Of a stretch of DNA of 64,000 nt, positions 9,103-18,239 are shown piece by piece. Made by a program: the position numbers and the translations under genes. Below the pieces are notes generated by a model. The model did no database searches. It saw nothing but the letters and a program-made list of their open reading frames with translations, and was not told the DNA's origin. This stretch comes from an uncultured Candidatus Saccharibacteria bacterium. GTDB taxonomy: Bacteria > Patescibacteriota > Minisyncoccia > Phycocordibacterales > UBA9973. Location: contig CAZHJZ010000001.1 in the NCBI GenBank assembly GCA_964532495.1, forward strand, positions 108,890 through 172,889, in the 5' to 3' direction. The stretch's first letter is position 1. Each line of letters opens with the position of its first letter.

Positions 9103-9225
9103 CTATTTCGCGCGCTTTCCTTTTGGCTTGAGAGCCGGCGGATGCTTGAGATTAAAATCTTTCTTTTCGCGAGCTGGAAAACCTTTTTCTGGCTTTGGCT
9201 CAGGGCTTTTTGTTTTTGATTTCAT
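9103..9225 (-). CDS. unannotated small basic ORF (40 aa, MKSKTKSPEPKPEKGFPAREKKDFNLKHPPALKPKGKRAK), 4 nt upstream of tsaC
   Basis: Manual translation. ATG start, stop TAG 4 nt before the tsaC ATG. Lys/Pro-rich. Below the ORF-track size cutoff. Confidence 0.25.
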   Translation of the reverse strand: MKSKTKSPEPKPEKGFPAREKKDFNLKHPPALKPKGKRAK

Positions 9226-9256
9226 ATGAAGCAAGTATACCACTTTTTGAAGCAAT

Positions 9257-9293
9257 GAAAAAAGAAAAAGCGGCACATGCTGTGCCGCTTTTT
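9257..9293 (-). terminator. intrinsic terminator downstream of the SWIB gene
   Basis: Stem agcggcaca/tgtgccgct, with a T-run on the minus strand. Confidence 0.65.
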
Positions 9294-9310
9294 CACGTTC
9301 AAATTTGTAC

Positions 9311-9622
9311 TTATGAAAGATGCTTTGAAACCAATTTTGTCATTTCAAACATGCTGACTTCTGCCTTGCCTCCGAATACAGCCTTCAAGTTTGCATCTGC
9401 TACGATGTTTCGCTTGTTCTTTGGATTCTGGAGATTGTTCTTCTTGATGTAGACCCAGAGAGCCTTAACAACTTCTGAACGAGGCATAGGACCCTTTCCA
9501 ACGACTGCTTCCAATTCTGCACTCAATTTCATTGGCTTCATGAAAGCTGAATTTGCCTTCTTTGCCACTGTCTTTTTTTCTGCCATAAATGTTTTTCTGC
9601 CGCCGCCCGAAGGCTTGAGCAA
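9311..9622 (-). CDS. SWIB/MDM2 domain protein
   Basis: LSAELEAVVGKGPMPRSEVVKALWVYIKKNNLQNPKNKRNIVADANLKAVFG is a textbook SWIB domain. The track start is TTG; an ATG 12 codons in (9586) is an alternative. Confidence 0.8.
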   Translation of the reverse strand: MLKPSGGGRKTFMAEKKTVAKKANSAFMKPMKLSAELEAVVGKGPMPRSEVVKALWVYIKKNNLQNPKNKRNIVADANLKAVFGGKAEVSMFEMTKLVSKHLS

Positions 9623-9698
9623 ATGTATGATTATCTGGTAACAACTGGATTATAGCACAGAATGTCTGCTTGGGAATAAGCAAGCAAAAGTTTTCCCC

Positions 9699-10268
9699 TT
9701 AGCCGGCAATTGCATCGATCAATTCCCCTAGTCCCTTCTTGGTTTTTGTAGAATACGGAATTACCACGTACCGCCCGATTTTGTCATGGATTTTCTTCAT
9801 CTGCTTGTGATATTCCGATGCTTTAATCTTATCTATCTTATTTGCTGCAACGATAATATTTTTCCCATGCTGCTCAAGAGCTTCTAGCATATCAAGATCA
9901 TCTGCTGTCGGACCAACGACGGCATCAATAATCATAACGACACTTGATTGCTCATATGAAGAATTGAAAAGATAGCTATTGATAAGCGCCTGCAGTTTTG
10001 CGCGCTCCTCAAGAGAAACTTTCGCAAAGCCGTATCCCGGGAGATCGATTAGGTAAAATTTTTCATTAATCAAAAAGATATTGATCTCTTTTGTCTTGCC
10101 AGGAAATGAACTTGTTTCCGCCAAATCATTTACCTTTGTAATACTGTTGATCGTACTGGATTTGCCGACGTTCGATCGTCCAATAAATGCTACATGCGGC
10201 AATTTAGGAGGAAGCATTCCGGGTACCTGCGTCACACCCTTTATGAAGGTTGCTGAAGTGATTTTCAT
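9699..10268 (-). CDS. engB: ribosome biogenesis GTP-binding protein EngB/YsxC
   Basis: P-loop GRSNVGKSSTIN, DLPGYG, AANKIDK. Confidence 0.85.
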   Translation of the reverse strand: MKITSATFIKGVTQVPGMLPPKLPHVAFIGRSNVGKSSTINSITKVNDLAETSSFPGKTKEINIFLINEKFYLIDLPGYGFAKVSLEERAKLQALINSYLFNSSYEQSSVVMIIDAVVGPTADDLDMLEALEQHGKNIIVAANKIDKIKASEYHKQMKKIHDKIGRYVVIPYSTKTKKGLGELIDAIAG

Positions 10269-10394
10269 ATTCCCCAGTATAGCATCCTCATGCCTGTATG
10301 GCTGTATGGGGTAAAAAAAAGTCCCTCAGCCGAAGCCAAGGGAGTTAGGAGGGAGATACGAAAACCAAAAAATTAGAAACAAAAAAATATACTG

Positions 10395-10658
10395 CTAACT
10401 AGCTGCACTGTGAAAAATGAGGCCGATGATCGGACCGATTCGCAGTGTCATATATGCAGCTTGTTTGTTTTCTGAAATGGTAGTTAGTGTGAGGGCAATA
10501 GAGCGGATGATAAATCCTAGTATTTGCATACAAACTCCAAATAATTGGAAGAGTTTACGTGGAAGTACAAAGATTTTTTTGCAGAGAGTCATAAAGAGCC
10601 AAATAAGGCACATAATAAGGCCAATAATAATTAAAGGCGTTTTCAATAAGAATTTCAT
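10395..10658 (-). CDS. small hydrophobic hypothetical protein (87 aa)
   Basis: ORF with two hydrophobic helices. Weak support only. Confidence 0.3.
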   Translation of the reverse strand: MKFLLKTPLIIIGLIMCLIWLFMTLCKKIFVLPRKLFQLFGVCMQILGFIIRSIALTLTTISENKQAAYMTLRIGPIIGLIFHSAAS

Positions 10659-10758
10659 AGCGTGTTCAAGGTTTATGGTGTGTGTAAAAGGGGTTCCGAA
10701 TCAATTTATTAGCATTATACTCCTTTTTGGCTTAAAAGTCAAAACATCCTTATATGGC

Positions 10759-10787
10759 TTGCTATTTTATGAATTTTAAGCTATAGT
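10759..10787 (+). promoter_or_regulatory. sigma70-like promoter for rpsB-tsf (TTGCTA, 17-nt spacer, TATAGT)
   Basis: Hexamers read directly in the sequence. About 140 nt upstream of rpsB. Confidence 0.5.
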
Positions 10788-10889
10788 AGCGGCATCTCCG
10801 TGAAGGACTTCCCTCTATTCGGGACCCTTTGTAGATTAGCTGAAATGCTTAAAAACGGAGCAAGGCTGTCAAAGCCTTTTATTAATTAA

Positions 10890-10913
10890 CTCTGAGGCTT
10901 ATAGACCTCAGAG
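10890..10913 (+). promoter_or_regulatory. perfect 8-bp stem-loop in the rpsB 5' leader, 14 nt before the start codon
   Basis: ctctgagg, loop cttataga, cctcagag. A second small hairpin ggctgtcaaagcc at 10864-10876. Confidence 0.45.
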
Positions 10914-10927
10914 AGAGAAACAGAAGT

Positions 10928-11617
10928 ATGTCAGATCAGACACTTATCGAGGCCCTCTTTAAAGCGGGTTCTCACTACGGATATTCAAAGACTCGTCGTC
11001 ATCCGTCGACAGCAAAGTTCGTATACACTACCAAGAACAAGGTGGACATTATCGATATCGAGCACACAGCAATGCAGCTCGAAGCAGCGACAAATTTCGT
11101 CAAGGAATTGTCAGCTAAAGGCAAAACAGTCCTCTTCGTAGGCGTTAAGCCAGAAGCAAAAGAATCAGTCAAAGCTGGCGCAGAAAAGATCGCTCAGCCA
11201 TTCATCGTTGAACGATGGGTTGGTGGAGTTCTCACTAACTGGCCAGAAATCAAGAAGCGAATCGCTCGCCTCGTTGATCTCAAAGCTAAAAAAGAAGCTG
11301 GCGAACTCGACAAGTACACCAAAAAGGAACGCCTCCTCATCGACGAAGAGATCGCAAAGATGCACAAGCTCTTTTCAGGTCTCGTTGAAATGAAAGGCAA
11401 GCCTGACGCAGTATTCGTCATCGACCCAAAGCGCGAGCACATTGCAGTTACCGAAGCTCACAAGTTGGGAGTTCCAGTTATCGCTCTTGCGAACACTGAC
11501 ACGAACATCAAGGGCATTGAATACCCTATCGTCGGAAATGACGGATCAGTATCAAGCATTGCATACATCGTTGAAACGATCGTTGCAGCATACCGAAGCG
11601 GCGTTTCAAACGGATAA
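10928..11617 (+). CDS. rpsB: 30S ribosomal protein S2
   Basis: HYGYSKTRRHPS, WVGGVLTNW, and an overall S2 profile. Confidence 0.9.
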   Translation: MSDQTLIEALFKAGSHYGYSKTRRHPSTAKFVYTTKNKVDIIDIEHTAMQLEAATNFVKELSAKGKTVLFVGVKPEAKESVKAGAEKIAQPFIVERWVGGVLTNWPEIKKRIARLVDLKAKKEAGELDKYTKKERLLIDEEIAKMHKLFSGLVEMKGKPDAVFVIDPKREHIAVTEAHKLGVPVIALANTDTNIKGIEYPIVGNDGSVSSIAYIVETIVAAYRSGVSNG

Positions 11618-11678
11618 GTGCGCGTAGCGGTCCGAGTGCGTTTATCAAGTAGTTCTTTTTAACTCACACCTTACATAT

Positions 11679-12455
11679 ATGGCAATCACAACAGAACAAA
11701 TCAAGGAATTGCGAGACCAGACAGGCGTCTCAGTCATGCAGTGCAAAAAAGCATTGGAAGAGGCTGACGGCGACATGGAAAAGGCGCTCATGATCCTCAA
11801 AAAGAAATCAAGCGAAATCGCAGCCAAGAAATCTGACCGCGAAGTATCTGAAGGAGTTATCACTGTTGAACGAAACGGCAACAAAGCAGTTGTCGTCGAA
11901 GTTCTCTGCGAAACTGACTTCGTTGCAAAAAACGAAGACTTCACTAACCTCGCAAAAGCTCTCGCTCAGAAAGCTTCAAACGACGGTATCGAAGCTATGC
12001 AGCAGGCTGCTCCAGACATGATCTCTCCTGTCGTCCAGAAGGTTGGTGAAAACATCCAGCTCGGAAAGGCATTTGAAATCACTGGCGACGTTCTCGGATC
12101 ATACATTCACGACGGTAAAAGCGGCGCTATCGTTTCCCTCAAAGGAGGCGACGAAGCTCTCGCAAAGGACATTGCAATGCAGATCACTGCTATGCGTCCT
12201 GAATACACAAAGCGTGAAGACATTCCAGCTGACATGATCGAAAAGGCAAAAGACTTGTTCAAAGAAGAAGTTGAAAACTCAGGAAAGCCAGAAGACATCA
12301 AAGCAAAGATGCTCGAAGGAAAAGTGAACGCCTACTTCAAGGACCTTACACTCATGGACCAGCCATTCTTCAAGAATCCTGATCTCACGATCGCAAAGCT
12401 CCTCGAACAAGGAAAAGCTACTCTTGATAACTACACTCGCGTAAGCATTAAGTAA
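11679..12455 (+). CDS. tsf: elongation factor Ts
   Basis: N-terminal UBA-like segment IKELRDQTGVSVMQCKKALEEADGDMEKAL. Conserved synteny after rpsB. Confidence 0.9.
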   Translation: MAITTEQIKELRDQTGVSVMQCKKALEEADGDMEKALMILKKKSSEIAAKKSDREVSEGVITVERNGNKAVVVEVLCETDFVAKNEDFTNLAKALAQKASNDGIEAMQQAAPDMISPVVQKVGENIQLGKAFEITGDVLGSYIHDGKSGAIVSLKGGDEALAKDIAMQITAMRPEYTKREDIPADMIEKAKDLFKEEVENSGKPEDIKAKMLEGKVNAYFKDLTLMDQPFFKNPDLTIAKLLEQGKATLDNYTRVSIK

Positions 12456-12460
12456 TATTT

Positions 12461-12871
12461 ATGATCGTCATTTTCACTTTATTCGTACTCTCGCTCATAT
12501 CCCTCGTCGGATTAGTAACCTACCAGGCCTACCTTTTGCGCAAGGGCAAGATTTCAGCGTTTGAATACGACCCTGAAGTGGAAAATCCTCTCTCGGAAAC
12601 GAACATAGCAACCTACAAAAATACTCTTTATTCGTGGCTTGAGGCGCGTACCCGCAAATCCGTGTTGTACGCCCTCAAGTTCTCGATTAAGGTTGGGTAC
12701 TTTGTAAAAATGAAATTAGATGCTATAGTATCAGGCGTCCACCGGAAAGCAGCCAGCCATGAGCGAAAGCTTAGGCAGGAAATGAGTTCTGAGGGATCAT
12801 TCTTGAATACGATCGGCGAATACAAGGAAAAGATCATCAAGAAGAAACGTAGCGTGAAGAAAGAAGAGTAA
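12461..12871 (+). CDS. hypothetical protein with N-terminal TM anchor (136 aa)
   Basis: ORF directly after tsf. N-terminal hydrophobic helix, basic C-terminus. Confidence 0.4.
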   Translation: MIVIFTLFVLSLISLVGLVTYQAYLLRKGKISAFEYDPEVENPLSETNIATYKNTLYSWLEARTRKSVLYALKFSIKVGYFVKMKLDAIVSGVHRKAASHERKLRQEMSSEGSFLNTIGEYKEKIIKKKRSVKKEE

Positions 12872-12904
12872 CCAGTGCGACCAACAGCTCCCCGTGGAGC
12901 ACAT

Positions 12905-12980
12905 GCCGCTTTAGCTCAGTTGGTAGAGCAACAATTTTGTAAATTGAAGGTCCCCAGTTCGAATCTGGGAAGCGGCTCCA
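12905..12980 (+). tRNA. tRNA-Thr (anticodon UGU)
   Basis: Manual cloverleaf fold: acceptor gccgctt/aagcggc, D-stem gctc/gagc, anticodon loop tttgtaa, T-arm cccag-ttcgaat-ctggg, discriminator t, encoded CCA. Confidence 0.85.
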
Positions 12981-12990
12981 ATAAAAAAAA

Positions 12991-13020
12991 TAAAACCCCA
13001 CACACGGGGTTTTATTTTTT
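12991..13020 (+). terminator. intrinsic terminator after the tRNA
   Basis: aaaacccca cacacggggtttt, then a T-run. Confidence 0.7.
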
Positions 13021-13443
13021 TAATATCTTAAGACTTTCTTTTAAAGCTCTCGATTGATCCTTGGGTAAATCATTAATGGGAAACCATTCTGCTTGGGATA
13101 CTTCATGATTCTTACTTAATCTTTTTTCGTGTGTTTTACTATAAAACAAAGAAATAGTATCTTGCTTATATTCAATGGAACTTTTATAAGTACCCAATAA
13201 AATAACGTCTCCAAGGTATATATTAAGTTCTTCTTTAACTTCTCTTTTAATGGCTAACTCAGGAATCTCTCGCAGACCGCAACCACCACCAGGAAGTGTC
13301 CAATAATTTCCGGAATAAGATGTTTTAATTAGTAGGAAGTGGTTATCATTTTCGATGAGGCATTTCACTCCCAGGGTATGAGGACGGAAAACAAACCAAT
13401 AGCATTGTCGGATTGAATTAAGGAATGAGTAGATTATATTCAT
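13012..13443 (-). CDS. NUDIX hydrolase
   Basis: Nudix box GGCGLREIPELAIKREVKEELNI (Gx5Ex7REVxEE). Confidence 0.8.
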   Translation of the reverse strand: MNIIYSFLNSIRQCYWFVFRPHTLGVKCLIENDNHFLLIKTSYSGNYWTLPGGGCGLREIPELAIKREVKEELNIYLGDVILLGTYKSSIEYKQDTISLFYSKTHEKRLSKNHEVSQAEWFPINDLPKDQSRALKESLKILKK

Positions 13444-13458
13444 TGTTTATACATTTAT

Positions 13459-14202
13459 TTAATTTTCTGAAAACCATCCATATAGTCGAAACCGTTTCCA
13501 AAAAGAAAAAAGTTCAAGGAGGGTTTCGAAATATGCCTTGGCATGGATTCTCGAGTTTGGAATGTCTTTCCAAGTAATACCTATTTCATACACTGGGATA
13601 TCATGCTCCCGCGCGATAAGGAGGAGCTCAATATCAAATCCCCAGCCGTGAGCGGATGACTCGTGTACCAAAATATCACGAGTTGCTTTTGTGCAGAGTT
13701 TAAAGCCGCACTGAGTGTCTTTGATGCCCGGCAGTACCAGAAATTGTATCAGCATATTCCCCAACCTACCCAAAATCTGCCGTTCTCTCGTTTGCGGAGT
13801 TTCGATAACCGATCCTGTTACGTGCCGCGAACCAATAGCCAGTCCTGATAGAGATTCTGCAAGAGGCACAAAAAGCTTTTCTACATTCTCTATACGCGTA
13901 GCATTGTCAGCATCCATAAACAGAACATACTCGCCCTTAGCTTCACGCATACCGTTAATAACGGCCATTCCTTTGCTGTTTCCCTTTTCCACAGGAATGA
14001 TGCCAAGATCCAGGATTCTGATCTCTGGGTATGTTTTTGTTACGTTAGAAACAACGTCGGCGGTATTATCCGTACAGTTATTGAGCACGACGAGCAACTC
14101 CCAATCGTAGCCCTTGGTCTTTAGATACTCGCAAGTAGCGCGCAGCGTCGTCTCGATGCGCGATTCTTCGTTGTATGCAGGTATGACAACTGATAGGAAC
14201 AT
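13459..14202 (-). CDS. family-2 glycosyltransferase, DPM1/polyprenyl-phosphate sugar synthase-like
   Basis: VVIPAYNEE, DNT, FMDADN, CGFKL motifs. Confidence 0.75.
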   Translation of the reverse strand: MFLSVVIPAYNEESRIETTLRATCEYLKTKGYDWELLVVLNNCTDNTADVVSNVTKTYPEIRILDLGIIPVEKGNSKGMAVINGMREAKGEYVLFMDADNATRIENVEKLFVPLAESLSGLAIGSRHVTGSVIETPQTRERQILGRLGNMLIQFLVLPGIKDTQCGFKLCTKATRDILVHESSAHGWGFDIELLLIAREHDIPVYEIGITWKDIPNSRIHAKAYFETLLELFSFWKRFRLYGWFSEN

Positions 14203-14203
14203 A

Positions 14204-15706
14204 TTATTTCTTGATTCGAGCTATGACTAATGTACACGACCCTGCTGTTTTTTGAAATATTACTTCCTCTTTTTGGGCAATCTCGGCGCGAACGGAAGAT
14301 TCTTCTGCTTTGCACATAGTCTCTTGGCCTGGAGTGCATGCATGAAGCTCGCAAGTATCATACGCAACATATTGAGCATGAGAGCGCTCTTTCTTGTACA
14401 CAGCGCTAAAATGTTCCCAGGTATTGTATGCGGGTATTAATGACACATGCGAATATGGAGCTATGATGGGTGTGGCGCTTATCACTGTCGCATTCGATGT
14501 TCCCAGCAGTCCTGTATAAAAAGAGTGATACTGACTAACTTCAAGTTTATCATTCTCAAAATAAAACATATTCGAACCTATCCATATGAGTGTGGCGGCG
14601 CCAAGTACGCCAGCAAGATACTGTATGTATTTTCCAGATTTAAACATTCCAATAAAACCATACGCAGCCAATAGCGCGAGCGCTGGCATAACTGGGATGA
14701 TGTATCTGAATTCTTTATGAGGCTGAATTGAAAAATAAATGAGGAAAAACACTATGCTAAGAATTGAAAAAATAATTGCTTTTCCTTTTTGAGTTCCAAA
14801 ACCTTTTTCGCGAACGCAGCTCATGCCCGCAAATAATAGGCCTGGGAGCATCCAAAGTACCCAGAGATTGTGATTGATAATCTGGTTAAGGTAAAACATG
14901 CTATCGCCCTGGTAGAGCCATAAAAAGCCTGTAATCATGCCTGAGGCGTCTGAGAGCACCGAAAAGGCATTGCCGTAGAAATAGATATTTGAGGCGAAGT
15001 ATATAAATGCAGGAATTATAAAACCAAGGCATAGGTATACGCCCTTCCATACCAGGCTTCTAAAACCATCCCATGATTTCCATAAGTTTGGTGTCTCGCT
15101 GATTATCAATGCCAACCCTGCAACTGGCAGTAACATGCCAAGCGGAAAACGAGCAGTAAACGCGAGGCCAATCAGTATTCCTAGCCAGAATATTCTGCCT
15201 TCCACAAACAGCCACAGAGCTGCTGCAACAGCCAAGACTTCAATAACTTCAACCATTGGAGTGTGCGAGTATGCAAAAAACGGTGTTGAAAACGATAGAA
15301 GCAGAGCTGCTACGACTCCGACAAATGCACTTACTTTCTCACCTGCCCGATAAATACAGTACAAAGCAACAAGTGAAAAAAGAACTAAAAGAATAGTAGC
15401 GCTTATTTCCAAAAATGCGGGCGTGCTCAAAGAAAACGGTGCGAGGATAAGAGGCCATAGTACTGGCCTAAAATACTCCCATAAGCCGCTGTGGCCGCTA
15501 TGGGCAATGTATGTCGCCATTCCTAGATATACGCTTCCATCCCAGCTCGGACGAGTCGGCACAAGTACATACATGATTCGGGCAATCAGGGATCCCAATA
15601 TCACAACAGAAACCGCCACGCTAGGCGTGAGCTTCTTTTTCCAATTACTTAAAGACAACATAATTGTAACCGATAAAATTAGTAACCATGCTTCCGGCAA
15701 TGCCAA
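14204..15706 (-). CDS. GT-C fold membrane glycosyltransferase (ArnT/PMT_2-like), about 12 TM
   Basis: Polytopic. The N-terminal loop PSWDGSVYLGMATYIA resembles the GT39/GT83 D-E/D loop. It sits next to the GT2 donor synthase and GtrA. The N-terminal 62 nt overlap the upstream gene in another frame, so the start may be an internal Met. Confidence 0.65.
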   Translation of the reverse strand: MALPEAWLLILSVTIMLSLSNWKKKLTPSVAVSVVILGSLIARIMYVLVPTRPSWDGSVYLGMATYIAHSGHSGLWEYFRPVLWPLILAPFSLSTPAFLEISATILLVLFSLVALYCIYRAGEKVSAFVGVVAALLLSFSTPFFAYSHTPMVEVIEVLAVAAALWLFVEGRIFWLGILIGLAFTARFPLGMLLPVAGLALIISETPNLWKSWDGFRSLVWKGVYLCLGFIIPAFIYFASNIYFYGNAFSVLSDASGMITGFLWLYQGDSMFYLNQIINHNLWVLWMLPGLLFAGMSCVREKGFGTQKGKAIIFSILSIVFFLIYFSIQPHKEFRYIIPVMPALALLAAYGFIGMFKSGKYIQYLAGVLGAATLIWIGSNMFYFENDKLEVSQYHSFYTGLLGTSNATVISATPIIAPYSHVSLIPAYNTWEHFSAVYKKERSHAQYVAYDTCELHACTPGQETMCKAEESSVRAEIAQKEEVIFQKTAGSCTLVIARIKK

Positions 15707-16097
15707 CCAATGCGCTTATATTCAAAGCCAAGAAGGTAGATACGCCGATAGTTGCGATCATGTGATACACGACTGAAGACAGTGCAACGTTGATCAAGAA
15801 GCTTCCGATCGTTACGATAACGAAAAGTGAAAATACGCCCCGGCCTCGGTCTGCAAAGGTGAAGCGTTTATTGAGATAGTAACTCTGGAAGAGCGCGCAC
15901 GCGAATGAAATTGATTTCCATGCTGTATATGACCACCAAGCACCTACGCCGAAAAAGTATGAGAGCAGATTGAGTATTAAAAAATCCAAAGCACTATTGA
16001 GCACTCCGATTACTACAAATAAGGCGATCTTGCGCCCATTTTGTTTCAAGTACGTGCGCATATTAGTTTCCTGTTGTAGTTTGAGGTGCCTGTTCAA
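15645..16097 (-). CDS. GtrA-family membrane protein
   Basis: Four TM helices, about 140 aa. C-terminal NFIGYNYVVFK matches the GtrA signature (N.....R.WVF). Confidence 0.65.
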   Translation of the reverse strand: MNRHLKLQQETNMRTYLKQNGRKIALFVVIGVLNSALDFLILNLLSYFFGVGAWWSYTAWKSISFACALFQSYYLNKRFTFADRGRGVFSLFVIVTIGSFLINVALSSVVYHMIATIGVSTFLALNISALVGIAGSMVTNFIGYNYVVFK

Positions 16098-16899
16098 CTG
16101 GCGGTATTACTGGCTCTTGGCCAGTCGTAGCCGTTCCTGTGCTGCCCTGCGTCCCGTTTGCAGTATCGCCTGTTTTCACTGGAGGTGTGGGTTTTGGTTT
16201 GGGAGCGTTTGCTTTTTCTGCGGCTTCCTTATCAGCTTTTTGTTGTTTAATGATCTCTTGAATTCCTGGAATAAATGCTTCTAATTCTTCAACAGTTTTG
16301 TAGCCGACGAGCGTCTTCCCTTCAAAAGCAAATGTTGGGAATACGTCAGTCACACGATACATCTCGCGCAATGTATTAATCGCTGAGAGGTCGAGATTGG
16401 TATCAAATGCATAAACGCGAAGAGTCGGATATTTATCTCGAAGAGCAGAGATAACATACCATTCACGGCGGCAGTCCTCACAATTGTCAGATGAATAGAA
16501 ATAAAATACGTATACAGCTTTTGTGTGACACTTCTGAGAAATTTCAGAAAGGAGCAAATAATCCTTGATCAGTAAGAGCGAATAATTTTTCTTGAGAGAA
16601 ATAACTTCCGGATTGTTTGAGCCGAACTGATCTTCCATATATCCCAGGCGTTCCGACAAGCGGCTGATCTCAGACGTCAGAATAGATGTTGGGTCTGTAG
16701 TAGTGCTGCAGCTTGAATTGTTAAGCAGGGCGAATTGCGTCTCAGATGAAAGCAAGTCGGTCGTGATCTTGTCTTGGATGGAACGTACTTCATCAAGTCG
16801 CTTCGCGTCAAGCATATTGCTGATATAAAAAACCGTTGCAAAAATGCCGGCGGTCAAGATAAAAGTGACAATATATTTAAACCAATCGTTTTTTTCCAT
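16063..16899 (-). CDS. membrane-anchored thioredoxin-like protein with CxxC (CEDC) motif and Pro/Thr-rich tail
   Basis: N-terminal TM helix. Segment YFYSSDNCEDCRREW ... FAFEGKTLVGYKTVEELEAFI looks like a Trx fold. Confidence 0.5.
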   Translation of the reverse strand: MEKNDWFKYIVTFILTAGIFATVFYISNMLDAKRLDEVRSIQDKITTDLLSSETQFALLNNSSCSTTTDPTSILTSEISRLSERLGYMEDQFGSNNPEVISLKKNYSLLLIKDYLLLSEISQKCHTKAVYVFYFYSSDNCEDCRREWYVISALRDKYPTLRVYAFDTNLDLSAINTLREMYRVTDVFPTFAFEGKTLVGYKTVEELEAFIPGIQEIIKQQKADKEAAEKANAPKPKPTPPVKTGDTANGTQGSTGTATTGQEPVIPPVEQAPQTTTGN

Positions 16900-16903
16900 A
16901 AAG

Positions 16904-18142
16904 TTATCTCCATGTGCTCTTGCGAGAGAGCGTGGCGTTATACATTGCCCGAATGGTCCACACCATTGAGAAATATGAATAAGTAAATATCAGCAGAATG
17001 TCAGCCGACAGCAGGCGCTTTGATTTTAAAATTTTTCTTCCGAGAATGATCGATGTAAAAAGGAAAATAAACAGCACGACAGCCATCAATGTTGCCGGCT
17101 GCGTATTTACATAGAACCATGAAAACGAAAACATGCTTGGGTGAAATCCTACCAGCCAGACATTCTTTATAAAAAGAAAAATACCCTGAAGCATAGAGTA
17201 TATAATAATAGGCACCATAATGACGCTGGAAAAAATACCGAAGGTTGTCATTGGCAAAGAGATCAAACCTACATTTCTGAATTTGCTCTTGAATACCATA
17301 TAGCGGTATTCATACATATTCTTGATGAAGCCGTACACCCATCGTACTCGCTGATGCATCAAGGCCGGAATAGTTGCTGGGCCTTTTGTGTATACGAGTG
17401 AATTTGCAGCAAACGCAATGCGCATGCCGTTTTGCACCATGCGAAGCGAAATCTCAAGATCTTCTGTGTGATGCGCTTCTTTATATGGTCCGAGCTTTTC
17501 AAATACCTCCATGCGGAAGAGAGCGAAGGGGCCAGGCGCAACATAAATAGCTTGGAGTGCTCCGAATGTCTGCTTTCCAAACGTCAGCATTTCGTATTCT
17601 ACTTTTTGAAGTTTTTCAACGAGTTTGTTTGGAGTATCAATCATCATTGCTGGGATAACAGCCATAACTTCCTTATCTTCCATGAATGATCGCACTGAGG
17701 CTCGGAGCGCTCCCACATCAACGCGAGAGTCTGCGTCCAAGCAGCCAACAATAGTGCCTTCTGCGCGAGCTAATCCGAAATTGAGAGCAGCGAATTTACT
17801 GCCTTCATTTTCTTTTTGATACAATTTTATGTTTTCTATATCTTTGTATTTTGAAACGACATTCCAAGTGTTATCTGTGCTGCCATCATCAATCACAAGA
17901 ATCGACAGTTTATTTTTAGGATAATCGAGAGCAAGAAGAGAATCGATAGTCTTTTCAACCGTCTTTTCTTCGTTATAACACGGGACGATTATTGAGACCG
18001 CAGGCAGGCTGCCGTATACGCGTTTTGTCTTTACGACTACAGGCTTTTTGCCCCAACCGAGAAAGGTTAGTAGCATAAAAACCTGGAAGTAAAGTCCAGC
18101 AAAAAGAAGCACATATACAAGGCTGTCTCGGGCGAATTCCAC
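16904..18142 (-). CDS. processive family-2 glycosyltransferase (PgaC/cellulose-synthase-like) with TM helices
   Basis: DDGSTDNT, CLDADS and the QxxRW motif (HQRVRW). N- and C-terminal TM segments. Confidence 0.75.
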   Translation of the reverse strand: MEFARDSLVYVLLFAGLYFQVFMLLTFLGWGKKPVVVKTKRVYGSLPAVSIIVPCYNEEKTVEKTIDSLLALDYPKNKLSILVIDDGSTDNTWNVVSKYKDIENIKLYQKENEGSKFAALNFGLARAEGTIVGCLDADSRVDVGALRASVRSFMEDKEVMAVIPAMMIDTPNKLVEKLQKVEYEMLTFGKQTFGALQAIYVAPGPFALFRMEVFEKLGPYKEAHHTEDLEISLRMVQNGMRIAFAANSLVYTKGPATIPALMHQRVRWVYGFIKNMYEYRYMVFKSKFRNVGLISLPMTTFGIFSSVIMVPIIIYSMLQGIFLFIKNVWLVGFHPSMFSFSWFYVNTQPATLMAVVLFIFLFTSIILGRKILKSKRLLSADILLIFTYSYFSMVWTIRAMYNATLSRKSTWR

Positions 18143-18239
18143 TGCTCAGTACTATACCATAAGAATGGCCTATTTCAAAGGCTCTCCATGAGCTTTTTTC
18201 AGTGGTATACTGGAGTAGTTATTAATAAAAAAATACTCT

